Below the pieces are notes generated by a model. The model made no database searches and was not told where the DNA came from. It saw nothing but the letters and a program-made list of their open reading frames with translations. A stretch of DNA of 64,000 nt from assembly GCF_963921235.1 (NCBI RefSeq), contig NC_086108.1:54624001-54688000 (forward strand). The letters are read 5' to 3'. The DNA is from Mobula hypostoma. Taxonomy: Eukaryota. Below, in pieces: positions 22,781-34,610 of the stretch (its first letter is position 1; each line of letters starts with the position of its first letter). A program made the translations under genes and the position numbers.

Positions 22781-23930
22781 ACATTGGTAAAATTTCTTTA
22801 AGCTCTTTTTTTAAGAAAACAATACTGTTCACAGTATTCCAGATGTGATCTCATCCGTGCCCTGTGTGAAGCATTTATCTGGTTAGTTTTTCCCTGTTTA
22901 AGTTAATTCCTGTCTGTAATATTACTTGTCACTTAGGAAACCCCACTGGTTGAGCTGCTTCATTGTAGGTGTTATGACTGGAACTAAATTCTGAAATTGT
23001 TATAGAAGAACCCCAATACAGACCTCATGACAGAGTGAAGATTATCCTCAACAGAAGACTGTTGAGCAACTCCTATTGTGATTTTCTAAGACTGATGACT
23101 AGTATTGGATAACCACTTTCATCTCATTCTATCACCCCAAGCACTGGATGCATTTTCTTATGATTCCATTGCTCTCAGTTTTACTATACCACCTGGAGGA
23201 CATATCTGGGAAAATATAGAATTTTTGCCATCTTATTCCTTTGGCTAGCCCACAGATATTAGGGGTTGGTAGTCCAGTACTATAACCATTAGGCTATTGT
23301 TTATATTCTTAGGTTGTCCTGGGATTGAGGATGACTTCCTTCCATTCTGGTTTGTGAGTTCTGAGGTAACTGATGAGGCTAATGTGGGAATCATTGATTT
23401 TTCCACAGATGGGACAAGAGGTGGATGATGTGGTAGTTTGTGAAGTTGCCTATTCCTTGTGCCACTTATGTGGTTTTCCGTCTGCTATCAAGGCTCTCAG
23501 TACTCTCACAAGCACACATCCTCTGTTTTTATTGGCTATTTGTTCAAGGTTTCCAGGAGTCAGTGGGGATGTTGCATTTCTACAATGAGGTATTAGTTAA
23601 GCCCTACATTTGTAATTTTCCGCTTTTTCATTAATAAAAGAAAAGAATGTCAGAAATACTCAGCATGACAGACAGATTCTGAAGATAGAGAGGAAAAAAA
23701 AGTGATGTTTCAGGTTGATGTCTTGCCATCAGAACTGGAAAGATGAACAGGATTGATGATGTATGAGTAGGAGAAGGGAGAGGAGAGCAAACAGGATGGA
23801 TTGTAAATGGGATGAAAGGCAAGTGAGATGGTTGGGAAAGTTGAAAAAGGTGTTGGAATATACGTAAGGGAATAAAACATCACCATGAAGAAGGTGGAAT
23901 TTGACATCATTGTTGTCACCTTTGTATTTA

Positions 23931-25340
23931 CAGTCCCTTGAAAAAGTGTTCGGCCCCCAACCCTTTGTTCATAAAAATGAGTATTACAACCAGAGATTTT
24001 TTATTAATTTAACTGAGAATTTTTATTTGTGAATCACATTGCTCCTATTTTCACAGTAGACCCATAAAGCAGGGACACTTGTAAAGCATGAAAAACTAAA
24101 AATCCAAAACCAGAAATGTCAGCAGTTCAAGAATATTTATCCCCCTTCGCTCAGTTCTTAACTGAACCACCTCTTGCAGCTATTATAGCCAGTAGTCTTT
24201 TTGGATAAGTCTCGATCAACTTTTCACAATGTGATGGAGTGAGATTTGCCCACTTCTCCTTGCAAAATTGCTCAAGCTATGCCAGCGTAGTTCAGGACTG
24301 GTGATGGACAGCAATCCTGAGGTCTGGCCAAAGATGTTTGATCGGGTTATGGTCAGGACTCTGACTGGACTACTCAATGATGTCAATTTTCTTCATTTGA
24401 AGCCACTCCATGGGTGCTCTGGCAGTGTGCTTTGGGTCATTGTCCTGCTGAAAAACAAACTTCCTCCCTCAGTTTAAGCTTTCTGGCAGAGGCTAGCAGG
24501 TTCTTATCCAGGATCTCTATGTATTTAGCTGCATTCATCTTCCCATCAATCCTGACCAGATTGGCAGTCCCTGCTGCTGGGAAGCAGCCCCACAGCATGA
24601 TGCAACTCCACCATACTTTACAGTAGGGTTGGTATTACCTGGCCGATGCACAGTATAAAATTTAAGCCATACATACTGTTAAAAAATGCATATCCTTGCC
24701 CATAAAGACTTTGCAAAGCATAACTTAGAAGATACTGTAAAGACGTGGAAGAAGGTCTAATAGTCGGATGCGACTGAAGTGATACTTTTTGGTCTCAACA
24801 CTAGTGGTACGACTGGCATAAATCTAATAATGTACATCAGCCAGGTAACACCATCTCAGCAAGACAACAACCCAAAGCACACTGCCAGAGCAACCATGGG
24901 GTGGCTTCAAATGAAGAAAATTGATGCTCTTGAGTGGCGTAACTCGTCTGACCTTAACTCGATCAAACATCTCCAGCAACACCTCAAGTCCCCCTTCGCT
25001 CCCCAAATAACCTGGCACAGTTTGAGACACTTTGCAAGGAAGAATGGGAAAATCTTGCTCATCATGTTATGCAAATCTAATGGAGACTTATCCAAAAAAC
25101 ACTACTGGTTGTAATAGCTGTGAGAGGAGGTTCAACTAATTACTCAGCAAAGGGGGATGACTATTTTTGAATTTTTTGCTTTTATGCTCTACAATTTTTC
25201 CTGTTTTTGAGCTCTGCTATGAACAAAGGAGCATGTGATTCACAAATAAAATTTCTCAGTTAAATTGATCAAAATCTCTGGTTGTAATACTCATTTATGT
25301 GAACAAAGGGTTGGGGGCTGATTACTTTTTCAAAGCATGG
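23931..25340. mobile_element. Tc1-like DNA transposon with long inverted arms (fold-back, two transposase 3' halves)
   Basis: TA|CAGT start and TA at 25341-25342; terminal ~200 bp inverted; QQDNDPKH on minus at about 24425-24450 and QQDNNPKH on plus at about 24857. Confidence 0.88.
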
Positions 25341-25595
25341 TATTTCCTCCTTTATCTCCTGCAAAGTGAATGCTTTCTCTGCACAGTTCTACATACTATT
25401 CTTTTGAAAGCAGAGATCTCGGACACAATCCATAGGCAAAAGTTCCCTTGATTTAGATTACCTGTAACCATTCCTTCTATGTGAATTTAGACAGTGAGTA
25501 ACCAGCAGATTATTCTACAAAGAAAGCTCACAGGTTATTCCAATCCCATCTTCACTCTAAAGAGCATGTTTATCCACTATTCAGCATGGATCACA

Positions 25596-25842
25596 AGACC
25601 ATAAGACAAAGGAGCAGAAGTCAGCCATTCGGCCCATCGAGTCTGCTCCACCATCTTATCATGAGCTGATCCATTCTCCTATTTAGTCCCACTCCCCCGC
25701 CTTCTCACCATAACCTTTGATGCCCTGGCTACTCAGATACCTGTCAATCTCTGCCTTAAACACACCCAATGACTTGGCCTCCACTGCTGCCCGTGGCAAC
25801 AAATTCCACAGATTCACCACCCTCTGACTAAAAAAATTTTTC
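25596..25842 (-). mobile_element. Young CR1 3' fragment
   Basis: (GGTCTTAT)-type tail, FFSQRVVNLWNLLP; near-identical in reverse to 63540-63656. Confidence 0.9.
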
Positions 25843-26621
25843 ATGTGTTAATAGTCAAAAGTAGAATCTTTGGCACTTTCTAATTGAAGAAGCAGAGGCC
25901 AGTTGCGGTCTTTTCTCACTGTCAGAATTCACCTTGTTCAAATTGCATCTTGATTTAATTATGGGATTTTATTTTGAAAACCACACTGGATGGTACTTTA
26001 ACTAACTGAATCATTGGCAAGGCCTTAAGCCCCATCAAATAACAGCTTATTGAAATTCCCAAAGGAGAGGAGGAGACTCCACAGATCACTCCTTCATATG
26101 AACTGTTTCACTGAAGAGAAGGGAATGGGTTTTCTGACATTTTTAACACACAGTCAATTATATAATCCAATACATGTTTTGCATCATGACTAGTTATATA
26201 AAAGGTTTCTTCTGTAGTTGCTAAAAACAATAGTATTTTAATGTGGGAAAACAAGGATCTCGGGGGGGGGGTGGCGTTCATCTTGAAAAAAGAATACATT
26301 AGTACTATCTCAGACAAAGATGTAGATTATTCTAGCCAAAGCCCAAAAAGAAAACTGTATTGTTTTTGTGGCTTCCAGTATCAGCCTAGTGTTGGCACTG
26401 CTTCTCTGATTTTTCAGCTGTAACAAAACCCAAACAGAGAAAATGTGTTGAATATTTGCAAGAACATTGGAACATGATGTACCACAGCTGCAAGGACTCT
26501 CTGCCACTGTTTGGTGTATATTAGCATTGGTGGTCAAACACCATTTTAGTACAATTTAAAGTACAAACTCAGAACCATGTATTATGCATTAAGGATTGGT
26601 CCTTTTTGCATCAGCTTTCTG

Positions 26622-28270
26622 AGTTATTACGTGTGTACATAATAAAGAATTTCAGTTCCCAGTGTGCAATGCGGGCAGTTCACCCGGAACTGGAAGTGAC
26701 GTCAGGGAGCGGGTTGCATGCACCCACGTCAAGCTGAAGCTATGAGCTGGTCTTGCACGCTTGTATGGAGCTAGAGCCATTTTGTAAATAACGATGTGTT
26801 AGCTTTATCCACACTGATTGTCTTTATTAGGAACAAGCATAACGCGGTGCCAGAAGTCGGTGCGAGGACTAAACTTGGGGAGTAAATGTACCGTGAGTGA
26901 TTAAGAAAAGAACACTAAGTTCCGACGGAGAAAATCTGCCAGCCAGAGAGCATACTGTGTCCTTAGGCTGCTGCTGTTTCCCAAATTCACCAAGAGAGAT
27001 TCAGGTGACAGCCCAAAATTCAGTCATGGATAAGCTAATTCCTCCCTTACTGGCAATCTAAATGATATCTGACAGTAGACAATAGACAATAGGTGCAGGA
27101 GTAGGCCATTCGGCCCTTCGAGCCAGCACCGCCATTCACTGTGATCATGGCTGATCATCCACAATCAGTACCCCATTCCTGCCTTCTCCCCGTATCCCTT
27201 GACTCCGCTATCATTAAGAGCTCTATCTAACTCTTTCTTGAAAGCATCCAGAGAATTGGTTTCCACTGCCTTCTGAGGTAGAGCATTCCACAGATCCACA
27301 ACTCTCCAGGTGAAAAAGTTTTTCCTCAACTTCGTTCTAAATGGCCTACCCCTTATTCTTAAACTGTGGCCTCTGGTTCTGAACTCCCCCAACATCGGGA
27401 ACATGTTTCCTGCCTCTAGCATGTCCAATCCCTTAATAATCTTATATGTTTCAAACAGCAATTCAATAAATAATTAGAGCAGTGATTAGAGCCGGTGGGA
27501 TGGATAAAAATTTGGAAGTATCTGTTTTCCTGCATGTAATTGGTGAAGATGATTTGGACATGTACAGTGGCTTTCAAATTGATGTGACAGCCCTTACTTT
27601 GGACACTCTGTTGACAAAATTTGGGAAGTATTTTATCCTAAGTTAAAACATCACATTTGAGAGATATAAGTTCTTTTCCTGTGACCACAAATAAGTGTTA
27701 GGTTTGACCAAAACTTGGCTGAGCTTTGCCTACTGAGCAAGTCCTGTGAGTTTGGAGATTTGAGAGACGACTAGTTAGAGGCAAAACAGTTTGTGGAACT
27801 TCAAATAATGGGCTCAGAGAAAGATTGCTCCGTGAAAAAGATTTAACTCTGAACAAGGTTGTGAAGAAATGTAGGGCAGTGGAGACCACACAAGCACAGG
27901 TTAAGGAACTGCACAGGGCAAAATGAGCAGTGCATGCTGTGAAAACAGAGGAGCTGAGCACAAGTTGTCCCCCAGAGCAACAGCAAAGCACAGAGTTAGG
28001 CTCAAACAGCAAATGCAGCATGTGTGGAGGTAGCCACATTCCAAAGATGTGTCCTGCTTCTGGAAAGTCCTGCAATAATTGTGGGAAAATAATCATTTTG
28101 CCAAGTGCTGCATAGCTGGGGCTACCAAGAGAATGGTACACACTGTTGCTGAGGAAATGGAGGAAGTCTTTGTAGATTCTCTACAGAATGTGAGACAAAA
28201 TGAATTAGTGACTGTGAATGAGATAGTAACTCCATTGTTACTTGACACCAGAGCCTAGGTGAATCTGCTT
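26622..28270 (+). mobile_element. Gypsy-type LTR retrotransposon 5' portion (LTR 26622-26844, PBS, gag, start of protease)
   Basis: gttat...ataac LTR ends; cggtgccagaagt PBS (tRNA-Leu-like TGGTGTCAGAAGT); gag FLHVIGED, ITFERYKFF, LRERLLREKDLTL, knuckle CNNCGK..HFAKC; LLDTRA protease-like motif. Confidence 0.8.
27071..27454 (-). mobile_element. Young CR1 3' fragment inserted in the Gypsy gag
   Basis: ETYKIIKGLD...RTRGHSLRI...RVVDLWNALP; (TGTCTAT)n tail. Confidence 0.93.
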
Positions 28271-28519
28271 GCCTTTTGATCGCTGTCAGAAGAGGAGTCT
28301 GTGAGCAACCTATCATCTTGTGGCTTGCTGTGGCAGGTGGGTAGGCCTACCCCTCTGCCTCATGTAGTATCCCTCTCTTTTGATGACTGTCGCTGGTATC
28401 GTCAGATGATATCGTGAATCTGCATTTATGGATTGGATTACTGAATCTATGGACTGTGGACTTTTTCAGATTTATGGTTTTTATATTCTGTGTTTTTTTA
28501 ATCACCCATTCCTTTTCCA

Positions 28520-29632
28520 TTTTGAAGGCCTTTCTGAAGTCCAGATAGACAACATCCACTGCCATCCTCTCATCTACCTTCAGAAAATCTAAAAGGTTCA
28601 TCAAACAAGACTTTCTAAATACAAAGCCACACTGACTCCTCTATCTATCCAAATTATAATAGATTCTGTCCTTCAGAATTCCTTCAATTACTTACCCACT
28701 ACTGATGTCATTCTGATTGGCCTGTAGTTCTATGACGTATCCTTGCTATCCTTTGTAAACGTCAGAATACACTGACTCAACCTGGAGGTTAACCTTAAGG
28801 GTATCCTGCACGAGGACTCCCAAGTCACATTGCTTCTCAGAATTTTAATTCTCTCCCCGTTTAAATAATAGTCTGCCCATTTATTTCTTCTGCCAAGGTG
28901 CATAACCATACACTTTCCAACATTGTATTTCATTTGCCACTTCTTTGCCCATTCTCCCAATCTATCCAAGTCTCTCTGCAGACTCTGTTTCCTCAGCACT
29001 ACCGGCCCCTCCACCTACCTTTGTATCATCAGCAAACTTAGCCACAAAGCCATCTATTCCATAATCCAAATCGTTGATGTACAATATAAAAAGAAGCGGC
29101 CCCAACACGGACCCCTGTGGAACACCACTGGTAACCAGCAGCCAACCAGAATAGGATCCCTTTATTCCCACTCTCTGTTTCCTGCCAATCAGCCAACGCT
29201 CTATCCACGTATGTAACTTTCCGGTATTTCCATGGGCTCTTATCTTGTTAAGCAGCCTCATGTGTGGCACCTTGTCAAAAGCCTTCTGAAAATCCAAATA
29301 TACAACATCCACTGCATCTCCCTTGTCTAGCCTACTGGTAATTTCCTCAAAAAATTGTAATAGGTTTGTCAGGCAGGATTTTCCTTTAAGGAAACCATGC
29401 TGAGTTCTGCCTATCTTGTCATATGCCTCCAGGTACTCTGTAACCTCATCCTTGACAATCGACTCCAACAACTTCCCAACCACCAATGTCAAGCTAACAG
29501 GTCTATAATCTTCTTTTTGCTTCCTCGCCCCCTTCTTAAATAGTGGAGTGACATTTGCAATCTTCCAATCCTCCGGAACCATGCCAGAATCTATTGACTT
29601 TTGAAAGATTTTTGCTAATGCCTCCGCAGTCT
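28520..29632 (-). mobile_element. CR1 RT fragments (older 28520-28760, younger 28765-29632)
   Basis: [49 protein letters not shown]. Confidence 0.92.
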
Positions 29633-30145
29633 CTTTTGTGCCAAAGTGAAAACAGATTTCTGCAAAGTGACATAAATTAATTACAAATACAAAACAAATT
29701 AATTGATTGCACTCCCTTCAAGTCAGTATTCATTAGATGCACCTTTGGCAGCAATTACAGCCTTGTGTGGATAGGTCTCTATCAGCTTTGCATATCTGGA
29801 CATTGCAATTTTTCCCCATTTTTCTTTATAAAACTGCTCAAGATCTGTCAGATTGAATGGGGATCATGAGTGAACAGCCCTTTCAAGTTCATCCACTAAT
29901 TCCCAATTGGATTGAGGTCTGGACTGTGACTTGGCCACTCCAGGACATTAACTTCAATGTTTTTAAGCCATTTCTGTGAGGCTTTGGCTTTATGCTTGGG
30001 TCATTGTCTTGCTGGAAAACAAATCTTCTCCCAAGTTGCAGTTCTCTTGCAGACTGCATCAGGTTTTCGTCCAGGATTTCCCTGTATTTCACCCTCTACC
30101 TTCACAGGCCTTCCAGGGCTTGCTGCAGTGAAGCATTCCCACAGC
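29633..30145 (-). mobile_element. Tc1 transposase C-terminal fragment
   Basis: [30 protein letters not shown]; the SPDL-type region is frameshifted. Confidence 0.85.
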
Positions 30146-30699
30146 ATATATATCACTATATACAACTCTATGATACATTTTCTTGTGGGACTTTAAGGGA
30201 AAGATAATGTTAAAGATAATTACTGGACCGTGTGCGTTAATTGCAGTGACCTAGCAAATGCCTGCCACTTAAAACTGCCATTTTGTTTGTTGCAGTCCAT
30301 CATGCAGACATTTATAAATGAGAAGAAATTTTTGCCGTATCAATCTGGACACTCGGTTACAGAAATTGAAACAGAGTGTCTGAACCACTCCATCGCACTC
30401 CCAAAATGTTTCATTTCCTTTCTATTAAATACTGAATTCCTAACTGGAATGCTAAACCAATTGGATTCCTTTGGAAAGCTAAGAGCAATAACAATGGGAG
30501 CTGAAGAGTGGGTTATAATTAGATCAAGACAGTGGATGACAAGACAAGAAAGGCCAGAGAAGAGAAAACTGGAAGAGGATCAGGTAACTCCACATGAAAC
30601 CAAGTGAAACAAACAGCAAGCAAGTCATAATGAATTCTACATGTTTAGAATACACTGAATGGGTCATGGAATCTGTCCATTAAAATTTTGCTGGACAGA

Positions 30700-30935
30700 T
30701 TTAAAGACTCAAAAATTCAAAGTACGTTGATAATCAAAGTATGTGTGCAGTATACAACACTGAGATTTGTCTTCCTCACAGGCAGCCACGAAACAAAGAA
30801 AACCATAGAACTTATTCAGAGAAAAACATCAACTCCCCCAGGTGCAAAAAAAAAAACCAAATTGCGCAAACAGCAACAAAAAAGCACAAGAAATACAGAC
30901 ATATTCAGGCATATTCAGCTTAGCTCAGTTTTTAT
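30700..30935 (-). mobile_element. SINE/LINE 3' tail fragment abutting the HERO-like element
   Basis: Minus strand gaagacaaatctcagtgttgtatactgcacacatactttgat...tactttgaattttga. Confidence 0.55.
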
Positions 30936-30938
30936 TAT

Positions 30939-33200
30939 CTGGAAGGGTGGAAAGGTGAGTTTATTGAAATCCACCAGCATTTTCCAGTCATGGGCCATGT
31001 TCAATTGTCCTGTTTTTGGCTTAGGAGGGAGATTAGTTGGTCTTTTCTCTACCTCCTGGACAAATGCTGCTGGTGTCAGAGCATTAATCATTCTAGGGGG
31101 CAAGGAGTTGGTTGCTATCCTCTTGGTCTCGTTTGCTGCTACCAGACACTTCAAGACCTGGTTGTGATGCCACATTTAACTGCCTTGTGTGAGGCTGGTT
31201 TTGCAGCTTGCCAGGATATGCTTGAGGGTTGCTGGAATCGGGCATAGGGCACAAGTTGGGTCCTCACTGAACCTCTGGTGGAGGTTTTTTTGTGAGGGAA
31301 GCACATCACATGTAGCTCTGATGAGAAAGCTAAGTTTGTTTGCTTCCATCTCCCATATGTCCTTCCAGATGATTTTCCTCCTTTCAATGCTTTCCCACCA
31401 CATCCATTGCCCCTGGTTAACCAGGGAGACAGTCTTTGCACTTTTGTCTGACTCTTCTTGTTACCGCACTTCCTTGACAACCATCTTCCTTTGCTTTGTA
31501 ATTGTGGCCTTGTGTCAAGTGGTCCACTTGCTGCCAGACGAAACCTGCCTCTGCCCTGTTGGACTTGTCCCACTATGTCTCTGTGTCTAAGGGCTGCTGT
31601 TGCTTGCTGCAGCACATCAGTTGGGGTCCATTTCCACCCAGTTGATAAGGTCTGTGTAGCGTTACTGATGGTCTTGTCATGAGAGTCTTTGAGTGTCATC
31701 TGTAGACACAGCTTAGAATGCTTGAATTCCTCTGTAAGGCCAGTGAAAGGTAGTTTAAGGACTCCTTTACCATAGAGACTGATGTTACTGATGGGACATT
31801 TCTTTACGAACAACTTGGTGGTTCACTCTAGCTTCTTCACGGTTGTCAGTGGGACCTTGTAGACAGTGAGTGGCCTCATCACCTGGGGTAGGATTCCAAG
31901 CTGTAACACCAGAGCTTCAGTTTATCGAGGAGCATGGTCTTGTCAATGTTGCCCAGGCCATTGGTGATGTGTTGCTTTAGTTGCTGCACCTGCTCTTTGA
32001 CCGTGAGGCTGGTGTTGTACAATCTACCCAGGCTTTTGACAGGCTGTTCAGACACTGTTGGAACTGAGTCATCACTGAGGAAGAACTTTATGTCTTTCAG
32101 CATTCCCTTGACTATGGAGTTGCTTCGTGACTTGCTGGGTTTGTTTCCATTCTTGCCCACTTGATGTTTTCCTGCAGCTTTCCAAGTAGTTGCTTGGTGC
32201 ATGCTGCAGTAGTGGTCGGTGTTGTTATAGCGTGTTAATAGGCGGAAGACAAAGTACAGCACTTGTTCTTTCACCATCTACCATCCAATTTGAAGCCCTG
32301 ATAATGATCTCCATGGCCATTGTGAAAGCCAGGGGTGATACAATGCAACCTGCCACAAGGCCTCCTTCCAGTCTCTGCCATGTGTAGTAAAATCTGCTGT
32401 TGTGAAGCACAATTGCAGGTCTTGAAAGTACAACTTTACCAGCATTGTGATGAGTTCTGGTACCTGGAAGAAGTCAAATGCTTCCCAGAAGAGTGCATGG
32501 GGAATAGAGCTGAACGCATTGGCGAAGTCCAGGAAGATCACACAAGGATTTCTTTTGTCCTTCCTAGCTGCTTGGAACTGGTGCCATATCATGCTTGAAT
32601 GTTCCTAATGTCTGTAGAACCCTGGACTTCCAGCTTTCTGTACAGATGTATCAAAGTACTTGTTTCTCTCCAGGTAGCTGGCCAGCCTCTGTGCTATTAC
32701 AGTAAAGAAGATTTTCCCCTTGATGTTCAGAAGGCAGAATAGTCAAAATTAACTTATGTTTTCTACATCCTTTTCTTTTGGAATCAGGACACCGCCAGCC
32801 CTTTGTCATGCTTTGGGTGTTATTCACCTCTGCCACACTACCTTCATGAGCCTGCAGAGAAACCACAAGACATCCAGTGCGTTGTTATAAGGGCCATATG
32901 GTACCCCATCAGGTCTGGGAGCAGATGCCACTTTTGCCATCGGACTGCCTTCTCCACTTCTCTTCACTTTGGAGGGTCAAAATCCAGGTGGTAGTTGGGG
33001 GGCTGAATTGGTGGGATTTTGGATGGAGTGATCATATGTTCCTGCCTTTTCAAGTTGGTGTGAATCTTTTCCAGGTGTTCTTCCAGTTCCTGCTTTGATG
33101 TTTTCAAAGTTCCACTTTTTTTCTGATGTGAAGAGACATTTAATGAACTTAAAAGGGTCTTTGTAGGACTGTGTTCTTGTTTTTTCAATTCTCCTCCAAC
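30939..33200 (-). mobile_element. Decayed HERO-like non-LTR retrotransposon (restriction-like endonuclease class)
   Basis: FLDFANAFSSIPH, AGCIVSPLAFTMAME, PVKSLGRLY, KLKLWCY, LRHRDIVGQVQQGRG, SFLIRATCDVLPS..NLHQ, CCHC finger CALC...TLKHILASC, WHHNQVL, DWKMLVD; truncated before the PD endonuclease motif; many frameshifts. Confidence 0.8.
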
Positions 33201-34304
33201 ATTATCAAGGCAGAGAGAGACCATTCAAATGCAGGGATGATCCTTTGGGACTAGCCAGCGAGAGGGAGAGGGAAACCATCACATGCAGACACCTTTCTCT
33301 GGCAGCTGCAAGCGCGAGGCTGGTAGATGGTGCTGAGCATCTTCTCACCTTCTGCACTCTCCTAGATGACTCACTCTTCCTCAGTGCTTTAATCGGTGAG
33401 GAATGGAGTTGATCATGGGCTCGTGCCATCTCCAGGCTTCTTGGCCTCAAGGTCGTACACTTTGCTCGAAGCCTCATCGAACACCTCAGAGACAGCGAAG
33501 TGCCAGATTGCCCAATCAGCCTGAATACACATCACCAAAATGTAGATCACAGGCTCCATCAGCAGTAGAACCATATCTGAAAGGAAAAGAAGTGAACAGT
33601 CCGGAGTATGTTGTCCTTGGTTGAATTGTTCGCTGCTGCCATCTTCTTCCCACTTAGATTTAAGTGCCCATTCATGCAACTACACATTTTCTCTGCCTGG
33701 AATAGGTACAGTAGAAGTAGGTAATGCAACAACAGACCTTTAAGTCATTAAAAGTACAGAAAAAGAAATGTTTGTTGTAAATCATAAGAGCAGTATGGCG
33801 ATAGTGGAGCAAATAGACACTTGCGAATAACTTTGTGGCTTCAACTGTTTGATTTTGCTGCTCAGTAAAGTCACAGAACCAGTAGAGTGAGAAGTGAAGA
33901 GTTTTTCAAATGTTCAGGCTATGAATTTAGCCATACCCTAAAATTGGATTAGTTTTTGAGGTGCATGATTTCACCAAAAATCATCTTTGATTCCCCAGGA
34001 AGGAGGCAAGTTGCCTACTTCCCAATCTCACAGAGTCAACTGTACTCCTTTCTGCAATGATTTATATAACTTTATTTCCTGCAACTTTACAACTCCATCA
34101 GGTTGCTTACCCAAATACAGTAGCTACGCCGGAGTCACTGCACTTCCCCCAGCCCAAATGAAGCAGTTTCCTAACCCAGGAAAGACATTAGGTTTGCTGA
34201 CGGGTATCTTGCTTTCCGATCCCCTTTGCTTCGTTGCTTTTCTTTATCCTCCCTCCTCCATTCTCTTCTTTCCTACTTCAATAATGTGGTTCACAATTCC
34301 ACAA

Positions 34305-34610
34305 TTAGGGTGGCAAGATAACATAGTAGTTAGCGTAACGGATTACAGTACCAGCAGAAGTTTGTACGTTCTCCCTGTGACTGTGTGGGTTTCCTCTGCA
34401 TGCTCTGGTTTCCTCCTACATTCCAAAATCGTCCGAGTTTGGGTTAGTAAGTTGTGGGCATGCAATGTTGGTGCTGCAAGCATGGTGACAGTTGCAGGCT
34501 GCCCCCAGGACGTCTCAGACTGGGTTCGTTGTTGACTCAAGACAAAACATTCCTCTGTAAGTTTCGATGTTCTGATGTATATGTGGCAAATAAAACTGAT
34601 ATTTAATCTT
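34305..34610 (+). mobile_element. tRNA-derived V-domain SINE, internally deleted
   Basis: agtttgtacgttctccctgtgactgtgtgggtttcctctgcatgctctggtttcctcctacattccaaa is V-domain-like; A-box-like head; aataaa tail. Confidence 0.8.

Noticed and set aside
33205..33680. Possible 5' continuation of the HERO-like element
   Set aside because: No motif continuity could be recognised; probably unrelated repeat fragments, left uncalled.
33987..34535. 182-aa ORF
   Set aside because: Non-ATG start, runs through a V-SINE, no recognisable domain.
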